A stretch of 64,000 nt of DNA from a virus. Within the stretch, counting starts at the first letter, position 1; each line of letters begins with the position of its first letter. The notes below the pieces were generated by a model, which was given only the letters and a program-made list of their open reading frames with translations, searched no databases and was not told where the DNA came from. The position numbers and the translations under genes were made by a program. Where the stretch lies: the IMG/VR virus record IMGVR_UViG_2923967841_000001. The stretch is one strand, 5' to 3'. Shown here in pieces: positions 1 through 8,615 of this stretch.

Positions 1-299
1 CCAATTTTAAAAGGAAAGTACTTACCAATTAAAGACAGAAACCATGACATTATCATTTCTTTCTTTAATTTATGGCTTATTATTAAAGACCAGTTGATTG
101 ATTGAAACATATAACCAATTAATAATATGAATGGGAAAATTAATAAGTTCTGAGACCAACTAAGCGAAAAATCATTATTCAAAAAAATCTGAAATAGCAG
201 ATAAAGGCATATAATCGCAACAAGTCTGTTTAACCACTTAAGTTTTGATAAATTCTTATTAAGAAAGTTGTTTAAGTAGTTAAAAATTTTATCAGACAT
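1..299 (-). CDS. Partial membrane protein, YbhN/UPF0104 (lysylphosphatidylglycerol synthase TM-like) flippase family; runs off window start
   Basis: Own translation from ATG at 299: MSDKIFNYLNNFLNKNLSKLKWLNRLVAIICLYLLFQIF...MSWFLSLIGKYFPFKIG. Hydrophobic segments and the S-x-x-G-K-Y-x-P motif typical of this family. Not in the ORF track. Confidence 0.55.
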   Translation of the reverse strand, partial: MSDKIFNYLNNFLNKNLSKLKWLNRLVAIICLYLLFQIFLNNDFSLSWSQNLLIFPFILLIGYMFQSINWSLIISHKLKKEMIMSWFLSLIGKYFPFKI

Positions 300-364
300 A
301 CTGTATTCTATTTTGTAATTCGAAATGCTATCATATTACTACTCACTATAATATCAGGAGAAAT

Positions 365-1126
365 ATGTCTTTTAATGCTCAAGGTAATCCTAAGTACACC
401 CTTGAGAATATAAAAAATAAAAAATTTATACTGCATCATCATTTAGGGCTTGGCGATCACTTTGTTCTTAATGGAATGGTTAACTACATTTCAAAACAAT
501 ACGACAAAATTTATATTCCAGCAAAAATACACAACTATTCAACAGTTAAATTTATGTTTGAAAAAAATAATAAAGTGGAAGTATTTAAAGTGGGTAAACT
601 AACAGAGCACATAGATGTTCCCAATTTTGCAAAAAATAATAACTTAGAAATTCTAAGAGTTGGATTTGAAAAACTAAAAATGAATGCAGAATTCAACTCT
701 GCTTTTTATAATCAGTTAGGATTAAGTTACGATATATCATTTGACTATTTTGATCCTAACTATATTCAAGAAAAAAATAAATTACTTGAGAGCCATTTAA
801 AAGAATACTATAAGTGCACTGATAATTACATAATCCAACATTCCGAGGGATCTACGGTAACAATTGCGGATGATTATTTAAAGATTGACTCTCAATTACC
901 AAAAATTTTAATTGAAAAGAAGTCTGATATTTTTCAAAATTTACTTTATTATCTGGACGTAATAAAAAATGCAAAAGAGGTGCATTGTATAAATTCAAGT
1001 GTATTTACCCTTGTTGACAGAATACCTACACATGGAGATCTGTTTTTTCATAATGTAAGCAAAGAAGCTCATACTAGAGCAGTCACAGCTTTCAAAAAAC
1101 AATGGACTTATATAGACTATTATTAA
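365..1126 (+). CDS. Hypothetical glycosyltransferase-like protein (GT9/fucosyltransferase-like GT-B fold)
   Basis: N-terminal HHHLGLGDH motif and C-terminal IKNAKEVHCINSS resemble GT9-like motifs; AGGAG SD upstream. Confidence 0.45.
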   Translation: MSFNAQGNPKYTLENIKNKKFILHHHLGLGDHFVLNGMVNYISKQYDKIYIPAKIHNYSTVKFMFEKNNKVEVFKVGKLTEHIDVPNFAKNNNLEILRVGFEKLKMNAEFNSAFYNQLGLSYDISFDYFDPNYIQEKNKLLESHLKEYYKCTDNYIIQHSEGSTVTIADDYLKIDSQLPKILIEKKSDIFQNLLYYLDVIKNAKEVHCINSSVFTLVDRIPTHGDLFFHNVSKEAHTRAVTAFKKQWTYIDYY

Positions 1127-1131
1127 AAGAT

Positions 1132-1536
1132 ATGGAAATAAATGTACCTATTTCAACTGGTGAGTTAATTGACAAAATTACCATTTTAGAAATTAAAAAA
1201 AATAAACTTAAAAATGTAGAAAAAATACAGAATGTCAAAAAAGAACTAAATTTGCTTAATCAAATTTATTTTCAAATTCTGACAAAAAATAAAAAAATTG
1301 AAACTTATGTAAAACAATTGAAAAAAATAAATTTGCAGCTTTGGGATATTGAAGAAAGTATTCGTGATTGTGAAAGAAGGAATGACTTTGGTGAAGATTT
1401 TATTGAATTGTCTAGAAAGATTTATATTAAAAACGATTTAAGATACAACATAAAAAATGAAATTAACAAAGCGTCTAGTTCAAAAATTTTTGAAGAAAAG
1501 TCTTATTCAAAGTATTTGAAAGAAGACAGCGATTAA
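1132..1536 (+). CDS. DUF6165 family protein
   Basis: INVPISTGELIDKITILEIK, LWDIEESIR and RKIYIKNDLR...IKNEIN...EEKSY match the family pattern. Start moved from 1102 to the ATG at 1132. Confidence 0.75.
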   Translation: MEINVPISTGELIDKITILEIKKNKLKNVEKIQNVKKELNLLNQIYFQILTKNKKIETYVKQLKKINLQLWDIEESIRDCERRNDFGEDFIELSRKIYIKNDLRYNIKNEINKASSSKIFEEKSYSKYLKEDSD

Positions 1537-1545
1537 AACTCTTCT

Positions 1546-2643
1546 TTAATTACTGTCTTCTTTGCTCAAAATATATTTATGAAGATTGTTTGTTTGTTCA
1601 AATAATTTTTCCCATGTAAGTTCTTTTTTTAAAATTTTGATTCTTTCATTAATTAACCTATTTCTGTCAATATTTTTTAAGGAAGTTATTTCTTTAATAT
1701 TTACTATCCATGAGTCAATATCTGATGGGTTTGCTAAGTTTCCAATTTTTCCATGAAGTAAGGCTTCCGAGATTCCTTGGTAATCCGATGCAACAACTAT
1801 TGAACCGCTAGCCACAGATTCAATAGTCACAAAACAAAATGCTTCAAAATCATCATCTTTTTCTAAAAAGATATTCGGCACAACACAAACCGTTGCTTCC
1901 TGTCTAAGTTTTTTAAGTTCATTGTTGTCTACAACTCCTAAATATTCAACATTATTGCTTGAAAGCGCTAAAGATTCCTCTTTTTCACCCAATGGCCCTA
2001 CAACTTTAAGTTTATAGTTTGGAAATTTAGGAAGTATATTTTTAATAAACCAAGAAAGTCCTTTTCTTTTAATCAACCTCCCTACAAATAGAAAATATTT
2101 ATTATCTAAATCTAAATTTTTAACACTATCCACAATATCTTTTTTATAAACCCCTAACTTAATTAAATTTATATTTTCTTCTTTTAAATCACTCTTCATA
2201 AGTAAGTCTTTAGAAGCTTCTGAAGAAACTAGATAATGAAAGCTTTCTTTTCTTAAAATCTTCTTATTTATAAATATCGTTCTATATATTTTAGGTAGTA
2301 AACCTTTTTTATTCTCATATGCAAATTCAAGTCCCCAAATGTTTATTAAAAATTTTGTTTCTTTATTAAATAAGGAATAAAAGTAGCAAAAAAGCCATAA
2401 ATTAAAACTAGTAACTTGGATGAGATGAAATTTATTATTTCTAAATTTAAAAAAAGACTTCATTATAAAATAGAAAAGCTCAATTCCTCTTACAAAAGGC
2501 TTGTTAGATATTTTTTTTGTAGGTGTGTAAAATTTTACATTGTTGTGTTTTTCATAATAATAAAATAATTCTTTTGAATAAGTTTCAATACCTCCAATGG
2601 TAGGAGGAAAGTTAAAAGATAAAATAAGAGTTTTTTTTAACAT
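1546..2643 (-). CDS. Glycosyltransferase family 4
   Basis: FPPTIGGIET at the N-terminus; FVGRLIKRKG; FEAFCFVTIESVASG (E-x7-E). Start moved from 2703 to MLKK at 2643. Confidence 0.85.
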   Translation of the reverse strand: MLKKTLILSFNFPPTIGGIETYSKELFYYYEKHNNVKFYTPTKKISNKPFVRGIELFYFIMKSFFKFRNNKFHLIQVTSFNLWLFCYFYSLFNKETKFLINIWGLEFAYENKKGLLPKIYRTIFINKKILRKESFHYLVSSEASKDLLMKSDLKEENINLIKLGVYKKDIVDSVKNLDLDNKYFLFVGRLIKRKGLSWFIKNILPKFPNYKLKVVGPLGEKEESLALSSNNVEYLGVVDNNELKKLRQEATVCVVPNIFLEKDDDFEAFCFVTIESVASGSIVVASDYQGISEALLHGKIGNLANPSDIDSWIVNIKEITSLKNIDRNRLINERIKILKKELTWEKLFEQTNNLHKYILSKEDSN

Positions 2644-2681
2644 CAGTAGCTTTATTTTAATATGTAATAAAATCAATAAAG

Positions 2682-3767
2682 ATGATAAAAATATATGAAC
2701 CAAAAATCACAAATGAAGATATTTCCTTTGTGACAGAAACATTAAAAAAAGGATGGCTGTCTGGTAATACTCCTGTGATTAAAGATTTTGAAGAAGCCTT
2801 AGCAAATTATTTAGGAATAAAGTATGTGAGTTCTTGCTCAAGCGGTACTGCTGCATTACACCTGTCACTCCTGGGACTTGGTATTGGACCAGGTGATGAA
2901 GTTATTATGCCTAGTTTAAGCTATATAGCTACAGCTAATGCTGTTAGCTATGTTGGCGCAACTCCTGTCTTTATCGATGTAGATATTTCAACATGGCAAA
3001 TAGATCATCGACTAGTTGAGAAAAAAATTACTAAAAATACAAAAGCAATAATGCCAGTTCATCTTTATGGAGGAGTTCCGGATTTAAAATCTATTCAAAA
3101 AATTGCAAAAAAATATAAAGTAAAAATTATACATGACTCTGCTGAAGCGCTTGGATCAAAATATAATAATCAAAATTCAACTAACTTTAATGATGTTTCA
3201 ATACTTAGTTTTTTTCCAAATAAAGTGATAACAACTGGAGAAGGTGGTGCGGTTTGCACAAACAATAAAAAATTATATGACTCAATAGAAAAATTTAAAA
3301 GCCATAGCCTTAAAGGAAGTGTGGAGTATCTCCATTCAGATATAGGATATAACTATCGAATGTCATCCATGTCAGCTTCGATAGGCTTCCCACAAATAAA
3401 GAGAATAGATGACTACGTTTCTAAGAAAAAATTGCTATATGAAGAATACAAAACTGAGCTAGAACCTATTGGTTTTGAATTTCAAAACTTTGATTCCGCA
3501 TCAGAGTCCTCATATTGGCTGATTGCAACAAAAGTTCCTAAAAATATATCGAGAAATAAATTAAAAAAATATTTATTTAATAATCAAGTAGAAACAAGAA
3601 ATGTTTTTATTCCATTACACCTTCAGCCTCCTTATAAGCATCTTCTAAATAATGATTCTTTTGAAAACTCTATTGAAATATCAAATAGGGGGATTTGCCT
3701 GCCTTCAAGTCCAGGTTTAAATAAAAAAGATTTTAACTTTGTTGTAAATACTATAAAAAATTTCTAA
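2682..3767 (+). CDS. DegT/DnrJ/EryC1/StrS PLP-dependent sugar aminotransferase (GDP-perosamine synthase-like)
   Basis: SSGTAALHL, GPGDEVI, VHLYGG, HDSAEALGS, SFFPNKVITTGEGG (catalytic Lys), GYNYRMS. Confidence 0.9.
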   Translation: MIKIYEPKITNEDISFVTETLKKGWLSGNTPVIKDFEEALANYLGIKYVSSCSSGTAALHLSLLGLGIGPGDEVIMPSLSYIATANAVSYVGATPVFIDVDISTWQIDHRLVEKKITKNTKAIMPVHLYGGVPDLKSIQKIAKKYKVKIIHDSAEALGSKYNNQNSTNFNDVSILSFFPNKVITTGEGGAVCTNNKKLYDSIEKFKSHSLKGSVEYLHSDIGYNYRMSSMSASIGFPQIKRIDDYVSKKKLLYEEYKTELEPIGFEFQNFDSASESSYWLIATKVPKNISRNKLKKYLFNNQVETRNVFIPLHLQPPYKHLLNNDSFENSIEISNRGICLPSSPGLNKKDFNFVVNTIKNF

Positions 3768-3804
3768 ATTAAGATTATTTAATCATTATATTTATATTGT
3801 AAAA

Positions 3805-3878
3805 GGGCGCTTAGCTCAGTCTGGCAGAGCGCTTCCCTTACAAGGAAGAAGTCACAGGTTCAAATCCTGTAGCGCCCA
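3805..3878 (+). tRNA. trnV: tRNA-Val(TAC)
   Basis: Cloverleaf: GGGCGCT acceptor pairs with AGCGCCC; anticodon arm CTTCC-CTTACAA-GGAAG; T-loop GTTCAAATC. CCA not encoded. Confidence 0.97.
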
Positions 3879-3918
3879 CAAGAGTTTTTCAGAAATACAG
3901 TAAGAAAAAACCTGTTCG

Positions 3919-3937
3919 CACCCACAAAACACCCACA
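3919..3937 (+). repeat. 19-bp direct repeat CACCCACAAAACACCCACA, copy 1 (putative integrase arm site)
   Basis: Identical to 4837-4855; two CACCCACA units with an 11-bp period. Confidence 0.85.
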
Positions 3938-4016
3938 TTTTGTCTGATTTTAATTTATATTTATAAATTTCAATTTTGTTTAAGTAATATACTCAAATTG
4001 AAAGTCTTGATTAAAT

Positions 4017-4766
4017 ATGAAAAATAAAACTTTAATAAAAATAATTATTATTGGATTATCAACTTTCATTTTTCTAACAGGTTTCAACTTATATAATCAA
4101 AATGCTGAGAGAGAAGCTAATTTTGCTGAAACAGGATACTTAGAGACTAATTCTGAGCGTTCTGCTAGGGAACAAACAGAATATGAGGCTAAAGTAAAGG
4201 TAGAAATTTGTATTGAGGAAAACAATATAGCTCTTGAGCCTATTGTTTTGGTTTATAATAATATCGTTGAGAGAAATAATAAATTTGTTGCCTATTATGA
4301 TTTTTTATTTAGACATCAGACAAATCCCCAAAATAATACACCTCAATTGGATAAATTAGTTCGTGACATTGAAAATACTTTTCCCACAGGAGAATATTAC
4401 TTACCTAACCCACGTTTATCGCCAGTGAAATACACTTACAAAGGTAAACCTTTAAAGTCAACTTGGATAAGTAGACTCTACGAACCTTTATTTGATACTG
4501 ATGATTATTATGAGTTGGGCATAACCAGCAGTGATTTATATATATTTTACTATTGGCGTATTCAAGATTTATCTGAAGCACTAGACGAATCTGTGCATGG
4601 ATGGAAAGTTTGGGCACTAGGCTTTGATGATTATTCAAGACAATGGGGAGAATATTTCAAAATTGCTTTGAGAACTAGAAATAGTAACAAGATTTATTAT
4701 GAACAAGCATTGGCTAACTATTTATCATTACCAAGTGTAGATTCTTGGTGTGACTCCTATTTTTGA
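4017..4766 (+). CDS. Hypothetical membrane-anchored or exported protein (cassette cargo)
   Basis: 249-aa ORF with an N-terminal K-rich then hydrophobic segment (TLIKIIIIGLSTFIFLTGF); no family recognised. Confidence 0.7.
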   Translation: MKNKTLIKIIIIGLSTFIFLTGFNLYNQNAEREANFAETGYLETNSERSAREQTEYEAKVKVEICIEENNIALEPIVLVYNNIVERNNKFVAYYDFLFRHQTNPQNNTPQLDKLVRDIENTFPTGEYYLPNPRLSPVKYTYKGKPLKSTWISRLYEPLFDTDDYYELGITSSDLYIFYYWRIQDLSEALDESVHGWKVWALGFDDYSRQWGEYFKIALRTRNSNKIYYEQALANYLSLPSVDSWCDSYF

Positions 4767-4836
4767 ATAAGTTAAACAAATAAAAATAGTGTTGGAACAG
4801 TAATTAATTTCTCTAAACGAAATAAGTAACTAATCA

Positions 4837-4855
4837 CACCCACAAAACACCCACA
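4837..4855 (+). repeat. 19-bp direct repeat CACCCACAAAACACCCACA, copy 2 (putative integrase arm site)
   Basis: Identical to 3919-3937. Confidence 0.85.
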
Positions 4856-4873
4856 AATTTTCTAAAACTGTAG

Positions 4874-4959
4874 ATACTCTCTGATAACCTCTGATATCTT
4901 TTTGAGAGAGCTTAAGTTCATTAACCCTATAAATTGATACGCTCTAATACTCTCTAGTA
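4874..4959 (+). repeat. Two pairs of 10-bp tandem repeats, consensus ATAC(T/G)CTCT(G/A)
   Basis: ATACTCTCTG-ATAACCTCTG at 4874-4893 and ATACGCTCTA-ATACTCTCTA at 4937-4956, between the arm repeat and the att core. Confidence 0.6.
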
Positions 4960-4973
4960 TTAATTGGTTCTTT

Positions 4974-5019
4974 CCTTACAAGGAAGAAGTCACAGGTTCA
5001 AATCCTGTAGCGCCCACAA
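4974..5019 (+). repeat. tRNA-Val 3' fragment (att-site duplication)
   Basis: CCTTACAAGG...GCGCCCACAA, 46/46 identical to 3836-3881; starts in the anticodon arm. Confidence 0.95.
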
Positions 5020-5097
5020 AAAATTTTAAAAATATCTCAATTTAATTCGAATCATTAAATATTATTATCTATGTACAAAATATATCAGTGAAAATAG

Positions 5098-6264
5098 TTA
5101 ACTACAAATTTCAATTAATTTCTCACTATTAATAAGTCTGTAATATTCCGCAGGCCTCACGAGAATGCCCTCTGTTGGGTTTTCTAAACAAGATAGGGTA
5201 TTTTGATCATAGCTTTTGCCCCAATCAATTGTTGAATTTATTTCTAAATTTAAAAACATATTTGTTAATAACAAAAAAGAAAGTACATAAGCAAATAAGG
5301 ATTTATATTTAAATTCTTTATAATTTTCAAAAATTATTATATTGCTTAATAAAAATGGCGGTAGTAAGGGAATTAAAACTCTTCTTATGGGAAAGGGCTG
5401 ACTAAAAATTATTGGCAATATAAAAAAAGAAAGTAACGTCAAGATAGAAATTAAATAAAGATTCTTTGCTTCAAGGGTTGTCGAAAATACTAAAGTGAAA
5501 GTTGTTAAAAAAAGTAAATAAACAGGAATAAGAAATAAAACACTTTCTAAATGAAAAAGTTCTACAAAACCAAAGACAGATTTTAATAACCCTAAGATTG
5601 AAGTACCTTCAGCGCCATATAAATGCCCGGGTCTGGCAATCAGAAATGTCCAAATTACAATATAAAAACTAAAAAACAATGAAATAAAAACTGAACATAC
5701 AAAAATATTTAAATTCCTTTTAATTTCAACCCTAAGATTTACCAAGATAAAGAAAATAGAAAAAATTATATAAATATGTATAGAAAGAGCTGAGGCAATA
5801 AAGCATAGGCAAGAAATTAAAAAATTGTATTTATAAGGTTTTATCACATAATAATTTATACAACCAAAAAATATTAAAAATGATGACAAACCGTAACCCC
5901 TTGCTAATGTAAAGTATTCAATTAAGTAGATAGGCGACGTTAGTACCAGAGTCATATAAATTTTATAATTACTATCTTTAACTAAATATCCTATGGTTAT
6001 TAAATAAGCTATTCCTGATAATACATTTGGTAATCGTAAAAAAAATTCGGAATTTCCAAATAAAGTCGTAATCGAAATTAAAAAAGTGTTTAAAACGTGA
6101 TTATTTGCTACTCCAATATTGAATATATCATTTGTATATACATATTCTAAATATGTATATGCCTCATCTGTTGTGATTGGGTTAACACTAGCTTTATATA
6201 CAATGTGTGAAATCATAAATAATAAATATGATCTACAAAATAATGTAGTAAGTTTATAATTCAT
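5098..6264 (-). CDS. GT-C fold integral membrane glycosyltransferase (ArnT/PMT-like)
   Basis: TTDEAYTY acidic motif after TM1, NNHVLNT, RLPNVL, ARGYGL; about 10 hydrophobic segments. Confidence 0.7.
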   Translation of the reverse strand: MNYKLTTLFCRSYLLFMISHIVYKASVNPITTDEAYTYLEYVYTNDIFNIGVANNHVLNTFLISITTLFGNSEFFLRLPNVLSGIAYLITIGYLVKDSNYKIYMTLVLTSPIYLIEYFTLARGYGLSSFLIFFGCINYYVIKPYKYNFLISCLCFIASALSIHIYIIFSIFFILVNLRVEIKRNLNIFVCSVFISLFFSFYIVIWTFLIARPGHLYGAEGTSILGLLKSVFGFVELFHLESVLFLIPVYLLFLTTFTLVFSTTLEAKNLYLISILTLLSFFILPIIFSQPFPIRRVLIPLLPPFLLSNIIIFENYKEFKYKSLFAYVLSFLLLTNMFLNLEINSTIDWGKSYDQNTLSCLENPTEGILVRPAEYYRLINSEKLIEICS

Positions 6265-6306
6265 CTATAAAATTATTTTATATAAAAATTAAATGAACTT
6301 ATTAAA

Positions 6307-7737
6307 ATGAACAAAAAAAACTATTTTGAAGAAATAATTATTGGAGCTGGTCCTGCAGGGTTGACTGCTGGCTATGAATTAATTCAATCAAAAAAAAAGA
6401 GCATCTTAATAATAGAAAAAAATAATAAAGTTGGAGGTCTTGCATCTACTAAGGTTTTCGGAGACTACCGATATGATATTGGGCCACACCGTTTTTTTAC
6501 TAAAAATGAAGAAATTTATAGTTTATTTTTAAAAATATTAGGAAATGATGCTGTAAAAGTAAATCGATTAACAAGAATATATTATAAAAAAAAGTATTTT
6601 AACTATCCACTAACACCCGTTAATGCCTTATTTGGACTTGGTTTTTTGAATGCTTTTACAATAATTTCATCCTATGGAATCTCTAGATTAAAGTCATATT
6701 TAAAAATATCAAAAATTAATAATTTTGAAGATTGGGTTATTGATCGGTTTGGTAAAAAATTATATACAACATTTTTTAAAAATTATACAGAAAAAGTTTG
6801 GGGGATTAATTGTAATGAAATAGGTAAAGATTGGGCTGCACAAAGAATAAAAGGTCTAAGTTTATCATCTGCAATAAAAAATGCTTTCTTTCCGAATAAT
6901 AAAAATAAACCTAAATCATTAATTAATAACTTTTATTATCCAAGGCTTGGTGCTGGTATGTTGTGGGAAAAATTTGAAGATCTATTATTAAATGAGGATG
7001 TCAAAATTTCTAAAAATTCAGAAGTAATAAAAATTTCAGAAGCAGAAAACGAAATAGAAGTTACTGTTAGAAACAAAAATAATGAGATAATAAACTATAC
7101 ATGTAGTCAACTTTTTTTTACTAACCCCTTATTACAATTTGTTAAAATATTTGAAGATAAAAACAATATTCCTAAAAATGTTATAAATGCATCAAATAGT
7201 TTAAAGTACAGGCATCATATAAGCGTACATATCACAATTGATGAAAAATTGTTTGAGGATAATTGGATTTATATTCATTCACCAGACGTTATGGCAGCTC
7301 GAATATCAGACTTTACAAACTTCTCTACCAGCATGTCTCCAAAAAATACTTACACCATAACAGTAGAGTACTTTTGTTTTGAAGAGGATGATCTTTGGTT
7401 AAAAAGTAAAAATGACCTAGTTGAACATGGAATTGAAGAGCTCAAAAATATATTTCAAAGAGATTTTAATGTAATTCACAGTAGTATAACAAAAAGTAAA
7501 AATGCTTACCCAGTAATAAATTCTGGATATGAAGATCACATTAACGAAATAAAAAAATGGTTGATTAGTAAAAAAAACATATCTGCTATTGGTAGGTCAG
7601 GAATGTTTAAATATAATAATCAAGACCACGCAATGGCAACAGCTATAGCAGCAGTAAGACAATACATGGGCGACACAACATATGACCCTTGGAGTGTAAA
7701 TATTGATGGTGAGTATCATGAAATTGTTGAAAGATAA
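6307..7737 (+). CDS. FAD-dependent oxidoreductase (protoporphyrinogen oxidase/Glf-like superfamily, glycan-cluster type)
   Basis: IIIGAGPAGL dinucleotide-binding motif, VGGLA, DIGPHRFF, GRSGMFKYNNQDHAM. Confidence 0.8.
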   Translation: MNKKNYFEEIIIGAGPAGLTAGYELIQSKKKSILIIEKNNKVGGLASTKVFGDYRYDIGPHRFFTKNEEIYSLFLKILGNDAVKVNRLTRIYYKKKYFNYPLTPVNALFGLGFLNAFTIISSYGISRLKSYLKISKINNFEDWVIDRFGKKLYTTFFKNYTEKVWGINCNEIGKDWAAQRIKGLSLSSAIKNAFFPNNKNKPKSLINNFYYPRLGAGMLWEKFEDLLLNEDVKISKNSEVIKISEAENEIEVTVRNKNNEIINYTCSQLFFTNPLLQFVKIFEDKNNIPKNVINASNSLKYRHHISVHITIDEKLFEDNWIYIHSPDVMAARISDFTNFSTSMSPKNTYTITVEYFCFEEDDLWLKSKNDLVEHGIEELKNIFQRDFNVIHSSITKSKNAYPVINSGYEDHINEIKKWLISKKNISAIGRSGMFKYNNQDHAMATAIAAVRQYMGDTTYDPWSVNIDGEYHEIVER

Positions 7738-7874
7738 ATTTTATTTTATTTACTTTTTAAATCGTTGCTCATGATTTAAATTAATTTCTTTAGTTATAAA
7801 AATTTTGTCGGGAACCTTATTGAAATATCTAAACATAGTTCATTCATATATTAATTAATCTTATAATTAGAGGT

Positions 7875-8615
7875 ATGGAGCAACCACTAGTAAGCGTAAT
7901 AATTCCAAGCTTTAATAGATTTGAATATTTATTAAATGCTGTGGAAAGTGTATATAACCAAAATTATCAAAATATTGAAATAATAATTATTAATGATTGC
8001 TCTACTGATGAAAGATACTATTCACACTCTTTCCCAAAAGAAGTTTTAAAAATTGATCTTAAATATAATCAAAAAAACGAGCTTGGGTATGTTTCTGCAG
8101 GACATATAAGAAACTTTGGAATAAATCAAGCTAAAGGAAAATATATTGCAACACTAGATGACGATGATATTTGGTTAGAAGGAAAATTAATTAATCAAAT
8201 TAACAGATTAGAAAATTCTAATAATAAAATGTCATCAACTGATGGTTTTTTTGGATCTGGAATTTATGATAAAAATAAAAATTATGAAATTTATAATCAA
8301 GAGCATTTTTATAAAAGGATTGCAAAAAAATACAGTAAAAGTATATTTTCAAATTATAAAAAATTTGAATTTCCAAGTGAATTTAATTTCGAGTTTTTAA
8401 AAGTACATAATTCTATAATTACATCTAGCGTAGTAGTTGAGAAAGAGCTTATAAAATTAATTGGTGGATTCAGGCCATTTCCTACAAAGAATGATTATGC
8501 TCCAGATTATGATTGTTGGCTTGGCTTACTTAGACTAACTAATTGTGACTATATTAACGAACCTCTGTTTTATTACGATTCCCTACATGGAGGTGGAAGG
8601 GTCTGGGAAGATTAA
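7875..8615 (+). CDS. Glycosyltransferase family 2
   Basis: VSVIIPSFNR, INDCSTD, RNFGI, GKYIATLDDDDIW, DYDCWL. Confidence 0.9.
   Translation: MEQPLVSVIIPSFNRFEYLLNAVESVYNQNYQNIEIIIINDCSTDERYYSHSFPKEVLKIDLKYNQKNELGYVSAGHIRNFGINQAKGKYIATLDDDDIWLEGKLINQINRLENSNNKMSSTDGFFGSGIYDKNKNYEIYNQEHFYKRIAKKYSKSIFSNYKKFEFPSEFNFEFLKVHNSIITSSVVVEKELIKLIGGFRPFPTKNDYAPDYDCWLGLLRLTNCDYINEPLFYYDSLHGGGRVWED

Larger units (their letters stand above)
3882..5019. mobile_element. Integrase-free single-gene cassette inserted at the tRNA-Val 3' end
   Basis: 46-bp perfect duplication (3836-3881 = 4974-5019); internal 19-bp direct repeats near both ends; a single ORF and no recombinase. Confidence 0.8.

Noticed and set aside
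6307-7737. Naming this gene glf (UDP-galactopyranose mutase) or hemY
   Set aside because: Only the shared FAD-binding fold is evident; specific family motifs cannot be confirmed without a search.
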